Below, one piece after another: positions 48,570-56,173 of a stretch of 64,000 nucleotides of DNA; within the stretch, counting starts at the first letter, position 1; each line of letters starts with the position of its first letter. The notes under the pieces are model-generated. The model worked only from the letters and a program-made list of their open reading frames with translations, did not search any database and was not told the origin of the DNA. Origin of the DNA: a bacterium (lineage in GTDB: Bacteria; Patescibacteriota; Microgenomatia; UBA8517); the NCBI GenBank assembly GCA_030583725.1, contig CP129472.1, positions 401,701 through 465,700 of the forward strand. Reading direction: 5' to 3'. A program made the translations under genes and the position numbers.

Positions 48570-48835
48570 CACGCTTTCATGCTACACTTAGGCTCAAGAC
48601 GGGTATGGAAATTGTAACAAGCGTATTTAATGACGAAATTGTTATTGTCACAGGAAAGCCTGGAGATAAAACTATTCTTAGAACTCCACAACTTGGAGTA
48701 GCCCAAGCATTGGCCACTGCAAGGAACAATTTAGCAAGAACCAATCCTCTTGTTTGTTCAGATAACAATGAGAAAACTAAACCAGTTATGCCAAAAGTAT
48801 CTTTGGTAAGGTCAAATAATTAAATGAAGAGAAAA

Positions 48836-49057
48836 TTAACCTCTTCTCTCAGCACTACTATTTTGACCTTTTTCTTTCCTTTTTTCTAAAACTTCTTCGA
48901 CAGTTTCCTCTAATTGAGATCTTAATAATTCCTCTTTGGCTTCAGCACTTTCTAAAGCCAACCTAACAGTATCTTTTGAATAACCTGTTAAACCAGCCAA
49001 GAGAGAAATCTTAATTTCGTTAGGGATTTTTCTCAATTTATTAAAAACTACCTGCAT
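48836..49057 (-). CDS. small helix-turn-helix-like protein (hypothetical regulator)
   Basis: 73 aa. ISLLAGLTGYSKDTVRLAL resembles an HTH. It has its own TTGAAT-N18-TACTAT promoter. Its C-tail KGQNSSAERRG is paralogous to that of ORF 50477-50743. Confidence 0.35.
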   Translation of the reverse strand: MQVVFNKLRKIPNEIKISLLAGLTGYSKDTVRLALESAEAKEELLRSQLEETVEEVLEKRKEKGQNSSAERRG

Positions 49058-49138
49058 TTTATTATCAACAGATAGTACTCTCTTTTTTTTTTGAAATTCA
49101 AGAATTGTGATTTTTAATATTCCTGAGATAATATAAAT

Positions 49139-49723
49139 ATGTCCAACAAGAAAAATAAGGAAATCGAGATCCAGGTACAGGTTGAGAATATTAAAGGACT
49201 AAATAAGTTTCTTAGAGAAAAAGCAAAATTTATAAACAAAGAACATCAAGTAGATAAATACTTTTCCCCAAAAGATCGTAAGTTTTTAAAAGTCAGACCA
49301 GTAGTTGAGTGGCTTAGGCTACGAGATTCGTCGGATAAACAATCAATTAATTACAAAAATTGGCATCATGATAAAAATGGTAGAAGCCATTATTGTGACG
49401 AATATGAAACTCCTGTTGGAAATATGGAGCAAGTAGAGAAAATATTCAAATCGCTTGAGATAAAACCAATTGTTACTGTAGATAAAACAAGAAAAATATA
49501 TAAATACAAAGATTACGAAATTTCTATTGATTCCATTAAAGATTTAGGTAACTTTGTAGAAATTGAATATAAAGGTAAAAATACAACCAAAAGTCCAGCA
49601 AAAATCACAGAAGAAATGATTAAATTTTTAAAGGACCTAAATTGTGGAAAGATATCAAGAAATTATGTTGGCTACCCTTTTCAAATGTTATTTCCAAAAG
49701 AAGTAAAATACGAAATATTTTAA
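49139..49723 (+). CDS. CYTH-domain protein (triphosphate tunnel metalloenzyme / CyaB-like)
   Basis: N-terminal EIEIQVQV (E-x-E-x-K-like strand with Q at the Lys position), LRLR, DEYETPV and C-terminal FVEIEYKG acidic strands in CYTH order. 194 aa. Confidence 0.5.
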   Translation: MSNKKNKEIEIQVQVENIKGLNKFLREKAKFINKEHQVDKYFSPKDRKFLKVRPVVEWLRLRDSSDKQSINYKNWHHDKNGRSHYCDEYETPVGNMEQVEKIFKSLEIKPIVTVDKTRKIYKYKDYEISIDSIKDLGNFVEIEYKGKNTTKSPAKITEEMIKFLKDLNCGKISRNYVGYPFQMLFPKEVKYEIF

Positions 49724-49730
49724 TCAAAAA

Positions 49731-50372
49731 ATGCCAGATAATAATAACGAGAGGTTAAAATTATTAGAGAGGCAACCCGACTATGGAAAAGTAACAGTTT
49801 TAATTGGTCCAGATGGTGGAGGCAAAACTTACCTTTCAAATAAACTTCATGAAGATAATCCAGAAGCTATTTTAATTGATGGTACTCATCCACAAAACTG
49901 GCCTGTTTCAGATGAAAAGAAAAAGAGTCTTGCAAGATTAAAGGAAATTGGAGGTAATGATCCTAATTTTGATTATTATGGAATTTTAGGTTTAGAACTT
50001 CACAAAGTTATATATAGATTAGCAAAAGAAGGTAAAGATGTAATTGTAGACTCAGAACAAACTTTTAAATGGTTAATGTGGGAAGATATGAAAGGTAACT
50101 TAGACAAATCAATTCAAATACTAACAAGCAAAGAATTCAATGCAATTTTGCCAGATACAGTTAAGTACGTTGTTCCAGAAGCAGAAAGTTTTGATAAACA
50201 AGCAGAATTAATATGGGAACAGCAAAGCAGAAAATTACAATCAGAAGTAAGCCCTATTGACCCTAAAAATTTAGAGGAAGTTAAAACTAGACTTAAAGCT
50301 TCAGAAAATGTAATACTCGCACTTGAAAAGGTTGGAGTAATTGTTGAAGGAAAACCAAATTGGGTAAAATAA
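49731..50372 (+). CDS. P-loop NTPase, nucleoside/nucleotide-kinase-like
   Basis: Walker A VLIGPDGGGKTYL and a DVIVDSEQ Walker-B-like segment. 213 aa. The start lies 8 nt after the CYTH stop, indicating an operon pair. Confidence 0.45.
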   Translation: MPDNNNERLKLLERQPDYGKVTVLIGPDGGGKTYLSNKLHEDNPEAILIDGTHPQNWPVSDEKKKSLARLKEIGGNDPNFDYYGILGLELHKVIYRLAKEGKDVIVDSEQTFKWLMWEDMKGNLDKSIQILTSKEFNAILPDTVKYVVPEAESFDKQAELIWEQQSRKLQSEVSPIDPKNLEEVKTRLKASENVILALEKVGVIVEGKPNWVK

Positions 50373-50414
50373 ATTAATAACTAATTGGAATTTTAATAAT
50401 TACTCAATATAATC

Positions 50415-50459
50415 ATTTCTGATGGTGAATCAGATCAAACTATATGACTTGTATCAAGC
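50415..50459 (-). repeat. 45-bp repeated element copy 2 (degenerate promoter copy)
   Basis: 41 of 45 positions match copy 1. The -35 TTGATA and the 17-nt spacer are conserved, while the -10 is degraded to TCTGAT. Confidence 0.5.
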
Positions 50460-50476
50460 AATGGTTTTATAAAGTT

Positions 50477-50743
50477 TTAACTTCTTGCTTCAGTCCTACC
50501 ACCTTTTTGTTCAGCCTCAAGTTCTGCTTTGTATTTATTCATTTTGTCAATTAATGTTGGAGGTGGTTGTTCTCCACGACTTAACATACCTTCTACTAGT
50601 AATATAAAGGGTTTTCTAGAACGATCTTGTCTTTCTTTATATGTAGATAGACTGTCCCGTACACCTTTTGCAACATGTGCTATTATTCCAGAGCTCATTC
50701 CACCACCGCCTTGCCAAAAATAACGTTTACCCGACATTGCCAA
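50477..50743 (-). CDS. small hypothetical protein, paralogous to the HTH-like ORF
   Basis: 88 aa, possibly starting at the internal Met at 50698. TTGAAT-N17-TAATAT promoter upstream. C-tail QKGGRTEARS and the 3' nucleotides are homologous to ORF 48836-49057. Confidence 0.3.
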   Translation of the reverse strand: MAMSGKRYFWQGGGGMSSGIIAHVAKGVRDSLSTYKERQDRSRKPFILLVEGMLSRGEQPPPTLIDKMNKYKAELEAEQKGGRTEARS

Positions 50744-50815
50744 ATATTACTCTCTCTTTTTTTGAAATTCAACACACATATTAAAATCTTTGATTAAAGA
50801 TATTGTATAATCCAA

Positions 50816-51210
50816 ATGTATGAATCCGTAGGTATATTTAGCAGGACCAGGAAATCAATATGATCCAAGGAGGTCGATAGTTAAAAAAATAAAAGGTTTT
50901 AAATTTTATGATCCTGATACAGATTCTGATCAATCTTCATCAGAAACATTTTTCCCTCAAGATTTAACTGCAATCAAAAACTCAGAAATTTTAATTGCAA
51001 ACCCAGGCACTGCACCTGCAGAAGGAACATGGATTGAAATTGGATATTTTTACGCACTAAACACTAAAAAAGCTGGGGACTTTTGTAACAACTTGATAAT
51101 TATTTGGAACAAAGACAGAGTATCTTGGTCTATAGAATTTGTTAAAAAAACTGGCCATGTAGTTGGAACAGTTAAAGAAGCAATATCCAAACTCAGAGCG
51201 CTACACAATT
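50816..51210 (+). pseudogene. nucleoside 2-deoxyribosyltransferase-like gene with N-terminal +1 frameshift
   Basis: The frame from 50832 encodes VYLAGPGNQYD...PAEGTWIEIGYFYALNTKKAG (NDT-family YLAGP and E.G.A.A motifs) but has no start codon. An ATG at 50816 in the adjacent frame gives MYESV then stops. Deleting one nt near 50831 restores MYESVVYLAGPG. Confidence 0.5.
50984..51066. repeat. 83-bp perfect direct repeat, copy A (inside the NDT-like gene)
   Basis: Identical to 52258-52340 by eye over all 83 nt. Confidence 0.7.
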
Positions 51211-51285
51211 AGTCGTTAATCTAAATAGATCCAGTAAAGATATATCTATTGTGAATCGGTACAAGGATGTTGTGTTTAGTGACTT

Positions 51286-51942
51286 TTGATCCTGTGTTAT
51301 AATTCTTTTGTGCTTAAAAACAAAATTCTTGGCATATTAAATATACTTCTGAGTTTATGTTTTGCTTATTTTATATTCTCTGGAATTAAAAATGATGGTT
51401 TCCCGGAAATTTTTTCTTCTGAGATTTTTATATTTATTCTTTTTGTATTTTCACTGAGTATAAATATATTTGTAGTTTATAAAATGTTATTCAAAAATAA
51501 CGACAAGTTATCTTTTCCTTTGTATCTAGTATTAACCCTCTCAACTATATTTTGGTTTATATTATTGTTTGTTACTTATTTTTTTGCATCTAATTTCTTA
51601 TTTCATTTAATTATCTTGACTGCAATTTCTATTTTTTCTTACTTCCTTTATAAATTGTCAAAAAAGATAGCTTTAATGTTTTTAACTACGACTGTCTTTA
51701 TTTTGTTTATCTCAACTATAATTGGATTTAATAACGACTACTGTTGGAGAAAAGGAAGACAAGCTGATAAGACTGGAGATAAAATGATGGTTGCTACAAA
51801 AGAAGATGCTGAGTTACTTAAAAACTTTGGTGTTGTGAAAGAGGGAAATAAAATTGGAGTTAGTTTTAGAACTGAGATGTTATGCTATCAAACTTTCAAT
51901 TTCAAGGATGCTATTAGTGATCTTTTTCCAATCTTAAAGTAA
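51286..51942 (+). CDS. membrane protein with C-terminal soluble domain (hypothetical)
   Basis: About 5 TM helices followed by a 70-aa polar domain. Confidence 0.35.
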   Translation: MILCYNSFVLKNKILGILNILLSLCFAYFIFSGIKNDGFPEIFSSEIFIFILFVFSLSINIFVVYKMLFKNNDKLSFPLYLVLTLSTIFWFILLFVTYFFASNFLFHLIILTAISIFSYFLYKLSKKIALMFLTTTVFILFISTIIGFNNDYCWRKGRQADKTGDKMMVATKEDAELLKNFGVVKEGNKIGVSFRTEMLCYQTFNFKDAISDLFPILK

Positions 51943-52038
51943 CTTTTTACTTTATTACCTATTAACCCTTCGACTACTGCCAAAGTATAACTACAGGCGA
52001 TAACATTACAGAAAAAATTGTAATTAAATTTCTTATAT

Positions 52039-52257
52039 TTAAATAAGACTAAAGTGTTTAAATACATCAATTATTCCATTTTCATCCACACTTGGAGCTA
52101 TATATGAATTATTACTTCCTTTAGACAAGACAAGTTTTTTTAACTCTTCTTGTGAATTTCCCATAGCTGAAACAAACTTACAAAGCTCAATAAATTTCCA
52201 ATCTCTTGTACTATCACCGACCCCAAGCATGTTTTCAAAAGATATATTTGTTTCTTT
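52039..52257 (-). pseudogene. C-terminal fragment of a Cof-type HAD phosphatase
   Basis: VGDSTRDWKFIE...AMGNSQEELKKLVLSKGSNNSY...ENGIIDVFKHFSLI aligns to the last 70 aa of Cof-like hydrolases (GDxxND motif III, AMGNA). The first 200 aa are missing. The 5' end abuts copy B of the 83-bp repeat. Confidence 0.55.
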
Positions 52258-52340
52258 AGAAATTTTAATTGCAAACCCAGGCACTGCACCTGCAGAAGGA
52301 ACATGGATTGAAATTGGATATTTTTACGCACTAAACACTA
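52258..52340. repeat. 83-bp perfect direct repeat, copy B (rearrangement junction)
   Basis: Identical to 50984-51066. It supplies the spurious first 9 codons of ORF 52039-52284. Confidence 0.7.
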
Positions 52341-53102
52341 GATCAGTCGTTGCAATTGCATTTCTCCCTTTTGTCTTCCAAAGTGATTACCACCATATAA
52401 TATAACCCCATATTTTTCAAAAAGTTTGTATGGTGGGTCGCTTGTACGTTTCTTTGATTCAATAATTTTTCTAAGTTCATCAGAGGGCGACTTTAATGCT
52501 TCGATTGTCGTTCTTGATGCAACCATTAAACCTAATTGTGACTGAGTAATAAGACCCGATGTTGTAAGTCCTTGATGGCCTAAAGCTGCGCTAATTAAAA
52601 GACTTTGGAAATCTCCTAAAGTCCAAGTAACAGGAACGCCGTTAACTTTTGGAATCGTTTTCGAAAAATAACTTAGAAGATGATTTACTACATCATCTAA
52701 CGGATGTGAATGTATATGTGCAAATGTCCTCCAACCCGCTGGAAAAGGAATTGACTTCAATGTATTAACATGTTGATGCATCTCCTTCTGAGTTTTATCA
52801 GTCAAGCTTTCGTATTCACTACCTTCAAAAACCTTATTACTAATCATTAACTCTCCTGCGTCGTTTGTACCAATAACAGCATCGCGTTCAATCAAAATAC
52901 CAGAATCTGCTGATGTTGTATTTTTGCCACAATAAACACGGTGATAGATAGATTGAAAAAAGTTTCCATCAAGTGGAACTACAACTTTGTATGGAAACAC
53001 TTCTGGCTCTAAATCTGCCGAAACTTTAATAACTTGGCCAAAGTTTTCAAATGAATATGTTATAAAATCAGGTCTACTTGGAAACCCTACTGTTTTTTCC
53101 AT
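52338..53102 (-). CDS. hypothetical protein (H-x-H-S-H-P metal-site-like motif)
   Basis: 254 aa. The FAHIHSHP segment is loosely reminiscent of a JAMM/MPN H-S-H-P site, but the downstream S-x2-D is not evident. Confidence 0.3.
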   Translation of the reverse strand: MEKTVGFPSRPDFITYSFENFGQVIKVSADLEPEVFPYKVVVPLDGNFFQSIYHRVYCGKNTTSADSGILIERDAVIGTNDAGELMISNKVFEGSEYESLTDKTQKEMHQHVNTLKSIPFPAGWRTFAHIHSHPLDDVVNHLLSYFSKTIPKVNGVPVTWTLGDFQSLLISAALGHQGLTTSGLITQSQLGLMVASRTTIEALKSPSDELRKIIESKKRTSDPPYKLFEKYGVILYGGNHFGRQKGEMQLQRLI

Positions 53103-53133
53103 AAATTGTATTATATCAAAGATAAGAAGTTAA

Positions 53134-53784
53134 CTAATTCTGTTTTCTACTTTCAACAAACTTTTTTCCATGACCAATTTGTAAATTAATTGGTATATTT
53201 TGTTCACATAAAGGGCAATCTTTTTCATGATATGACTCGGCTTTTAAATTGGAAAGCGAAGAAAATGGAACACCCAACGTCTCAGAGTTAACTCCGTCAG
53301 GATTTCTATTAACCATAGTGCTAACCGCTGTAATCCTTCCACCAGCTTTAACAACACTTTCAACAACTTTCAATACAGAACCACCCGTTGTTGTTATGTC
53401 TTCAACTATTAAAACATCTTTGCCTTTTACCATTTCACCATATCCTCGTCTAAAAACTTGATCATTAAGTTCATCCTTTTCCGTATAAACCCCACTTATC
53501 TCTTTGCTTTTAAGCTGAGTTAAATGATATGCAGTCCATTGAGATAAAATTATTCCACCAACTGCTGGACCAACTACAACATCTATATCCAGATACTGAT
53601 GTCTTTCGGCAAACATTCTACAAACCATAGTTGTTTCCATGGGGTGCAAGTACATTGCATCTTTATTTACATATACTGATCCATGAAGTCCTGAAGTGTA
53701 GACAAAATGACCATTGGTATAGACTGCTCCGACTCTTTTAAAAAGATCAAGAAGTGGATCAACCCCTTCAAATTCTATAGTCAT
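53134..53784 (-). CDS. type I phosphoribosyltransferase, PyrE-like, with C-terminal Cys pair
   Basis: GHFVYTSGLHGSVYVN (compare PyrE GEFTLKSG..SPYFFN), PRPP-binding VLIVEDITTTGGS, and a C-terminal CPLCEQ. Confidence 0.6.
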   Translation of the reverse strand: MTIEFEGVDPLLDLFKRVGAVYTNGHFVYTSGLHGSVYVNKDAMYLHPMETTMVCRMFAERHQYLDIDVVVGPAVGGIILSQWTAYHLTQLKSKEISGVYTEKDELNDQVFRRGYGEMVKGKDVLIVEDITTTGGSVLKVVESVVKAGGRITAVSTMVNRNPDGVNSETLGVPFSSLSNLKAESYHEKDCPLCEQNIPINLQIGHGKKFVESRKQN

Positions 53785-53842
53785 TTTGAAATGATAACAT
53801 AGAATTAATATAAAGTTGTTTTTTTGGTTATTGTTGTAAAGA

Positions 53843-54106
53843 TTGTTGAGTGGTATTTTATTACTAATGGCACCTGAAGCTTTAGTTATAGTGAATAGTG
53901 GGCAATCTAGTGATGAAATGACTGAAAGATTACGGCTAGCTGGGATTAAATTTCGAGAAATGAAAGTGGAAGGTGAAACAGTCCAAGACGAGACAGGGGT
54001 TCGCCAAGTTCCAGTTATAATTACAAGAGAAGGCGACTTTACTTCAGATGGGTTAGAGAATTATTTAGAAATAAAGGCAGAACAGACAAGATTAAAAATA
54101 CGATAA
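53843..54106 (+). CDS. Cys-less NrdH/glutaredoxin-like small protein
   Basis: Fold-level resemblance to NrdH (beta-alpha-beta with VPVIIT..GDF), but SGQS replaces the CxxC. Noticeably GC-richer than its surroundings. The true start may be an internal Met. Confidence 0.3.
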   Translation: MLSGILLLMAPEALVIVNSGQSSDEMTERLRLAGIKFREMKVEGETVQDETGVRQVPVIITREGDFTSDGLENYLEIKAEQTRLKIR

Positions 54107-54116
54107 TATTTTAAAA

Positions 54117-54446
54117 ATGCCAGCAGAACGAATACACGTAACTAAAGAGAATGCTGGGATAGCAGTGGCCTCAGGAATACTACTTGGAGCTGGAGTTATC
54201 TTTCCACCGGCGGTAGGATTAGGAATTGCTGTTGGCGCCGTGGGGGTTGTAAGAGAAGAGCGACATCAACGAGATGTTCAAATGGAAAATCTTAAAAACT
54301 ATATCGAATCTAGTCTCAGGGGTAAAGCTCCGGATGAAATTAGACCAACTATTGAGGAGTTAACAAAACGAATCACAGAAGGTCGTGATCTTCAAGATAG
54401 ATTTGACGCTGTCGAAGAACTTGCTCGTAGAATTGAAGATTCATAA
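54117..54446 (+). CDS. membrane-anchored hypothetical protein
   Basis: 109 aa with a Gly/Ala-rich TM hairpin and a charged C-terminal helix. GC-richer. Confidence 0.3.
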   Translation: MPAERIHVTKENAGIAVASGILLGAGVIFPPAVGLGIAVGAVGVVREERHQRDVQMENLKNYIESSLRGKAPDEIRPTIEELTKRITEGRDLQDRFDAVEELARRIEDS

Positions 54447-54472
54447 AATTATACCTAGTTTCCACACCACTC

Positions 54473-54775
54473 TTACATCTTAATTTCTATGGAGACACCT
54501 GCTGGAAGATCCATATTGCCTAATGAATCTACTGTTCTTGGGGTTGGGTCAATTATATCAATTAGTCTTTTATGAATTAAAACTTCATAATGTTCTTGAG
54601 CATCTTTATCTGTAAATGGAGATTCTTTAACGGACATCAAGGTCCTATCAGTTGGGAGTGGGGTTGGTCCAGAAATTTTAGCACCTGAAGCTAGGGCGAC
54701 ATCTATAATCTTTGATGCTGCCTCATCTATTACTCTATGATCGTAAGCTTTTAGCTTAACTCTAAGTCTTTGCAT
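54473..54775 (-). CDS. rpsJ: 30S ribosomal protein S10
   Basis: RLRVKLKAYDHRVID...HKRLIDIIDPTP is the canonical S10 sequence. It directly follows tuf, but about 6 kb separate it from rplC. Confidence 0.9.
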   Translation of the reverse strand: MQRLRVKLKAYDHRVIDEAASKIIDVALASGAKISGPTPLPTDRTLMSVKESPFTDKDAQEHYEVLIHKRLIDIIDPTPRTVDSLGNMDLPAGVSIEIKM

Positions 54776-54821
54776 AATGTGCGACGCCGTTAGGCGGTTA
54801 CTTGATAAATAATGGGATGGA

Positions 54822-56024
54822 TTAGGCTATAATTTTTGTGATAACACCTGCGCCTACTGTGTGTCCACCTTCACGAATTGCAAATCTCAAACCATCTTCC
54901 ATAGCTACAGGTACAATTAGTTTAACTGTCATTTTTGCACTATCTCCAGGCATAACCATTTCTACACCTTCAGCTAGTTTAACTTCACCTGTAATATCTG
55001 AAGTTCTAATAAAGAATTGTGGTTTGTATCCTGTAAAGAATGGTGTATGTCTTCCACCTTCGTCCTTAGATAGGATGTAAACTTCTGCTTCAAATTCTGT
55101 ATGAGGTGTAACTGAACCAGATTTTGCTAAAACTTGACCTCTTTCAACTGCTTCCTTGTCAATACCTCTTAAAAGTACACCAACATTGTCACCAGCCATT
55201 GCAGAATCAAGAAGTTTTCTAAACATTTCAAGACCTGTGACAACTGTTTTTTGTGTATCCTTGATACCTACAATTTCAATTTCTTCGTTGACTTTAATTT
55301 CTCCTCTTTCAACCCTACCTGTGACAACTGTTCCACGACCTGAAATTGAGAAAACATCTTCAACAGGCATAAGAAATGGTTTTTCTGTATCTCTTACTGG
55401 ATCTGGAATATATGAGTCTGCTGTTTTCATTAATTCTAAAATACCCTTTTCTGCTTCAGCATCACCTTCAAGAGCCTTAAGTGCTGAAACTCTAACAATT
55501 GGGGTTTCTGCTCCTGGGAATTGATACTTTGTTAACAATTCTCTAATATCTGCTTCAACCAACTCAAGAAGTTCTGGATCATCCATTGCATCACATTTGT
55601 TTAATGCAACTATCAAAGACGGAACATTGACTTGTCTTGCTAAAATTACGTGTTCTCTTGTTTGAGGCATAGGTCCATCTGGAGCTGAAACAACTAAGAT
55701 TGCTCCATCCATTTGGGCTGCACCTGTAATCATGTTCTTAATGTAATCTGCGTGACCTGGAGCATCAATATGAGCATAATGCCTTTTGTCTGTTTCATAT
55801 TCAACGTGGGAAATATTGATTGTAACTCCTCTTTGTTTTTCTTCTGGAGCTGAATCAATTTGATCAAAAGCGTAAGCTTTATTTACTCCACCTGGGAAAT
55901 TCTTTGCAAGTACTGTAGTAATAGCTGCAGTTAATGTGGTCTTGCCGTGATCAACGTGACCAATTGTCCCAATGTTTAAGTGGGTTTTTGTTCTATCAAA
56001 TTTTTGTTTTGCGTCTGCTGCCAT
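54822..56024 (-). CDS. tuf: elongation factor Tu
   Basis: [27 protein letters not shown] and the full 400-aa EF-Tu. Confidence 0.95.
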   Translation of the reverse strand: MAADAKQKFDRTKTHLNIGTIGHVDHGKTTLTAAITTVLAKNFPGGVNKAYAFDQIDSAPEEKQRGVTINISHVEYETDKRHYAHIDAPGHADYIKNMITGAAQMDGAILVVSAPDGPMPQTREHVILARQVNVPSLIVALNKCDAMDDPELLELVEADIRELLTKYQFPGAETPIVRVSALKALEGDAEAEKGILELMKTADSYIPDPVRDTEKPFLMPVEDVFSISGRGTVVTGRVERGEIKVNEEIEIVGIKDTQKTVVTGLEMFRKLLDSAMAGDNVGVLLRGIDKEAVERGQVLAKSGSVTPHTEFEAEVYILSKDEGGRHTPFFTGYKPQFFIRTSDITGEVKLAEGVEMVMPGDSAKMTVKLIVPVAMEDGLRFAIREGGHTVGAGVITKIIA

Positions 56025-56091
56025 AGTTTTTGTATTATAGTTTTTTCTCTCTCAAAAAACAAGAGGCATATCTTTGCCTCAAGAGATTGTA

Positions 56092-56120
56092 TTATAGTTG
56101 AAGCTAGTAAAAAGTGTCAA
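56092..56120 (-). promoter_or_regulatory. sigma70-like promoter upstream of tuf
   Basis: Minus-strand reading gives TTGACA (56120-56115), an 18-nt spacer and TATAAT (56097-56092). A second AACTATAATACAA copy lies at 56029-56041, just before the ATG. Confidence 0.4.
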
Positions 56121-56173
56121 CACCCAAATTTGAATTGCAACTTAAATTAAGTATGTGTTAAAATAACCAAAAT

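Noticed and set aside
48554-48823. 89-aa plus-strand ORF at the island edge
   Set aside because: Its first codons are simply the plus-strand reading of the 45-bp promoter element. The same ATGACTTGTATCAAGC occurs in copy 2 without an ORF. No motif was found and it overlaps the minus-strand promoter. Kept as unresolved rather than called.
52338-53102. JAB/MPN metalloprotease assignment for the 254-aa island ORF
   Set aside because: Only an H-S-H-P fragment matches. The downstream S-x2-D and the upstream Glu of the JAMM motif are not convincingly placed. It is left as hypothetical.
48422-54472. Integrative element (prophage/ICE) interpretation of the island
   Set aside because: No integrase, transposase, tRNA or structural phage genes are present, and the repeats are promoter duplications rather than typical att sites. 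Described as a mosaic insertion of unknown mechanism instead.
55156-55524. Antisense ORFs inside tuf, fusA and rpoC (for example 55156-55524, 57010-57243, 61531-61869, 62659-62991) and inside other conserved genes
   Set aside because: These are shadow ORFs on the opposite strand of highly conserved genes, with no motifs and biased low-complexity composition.
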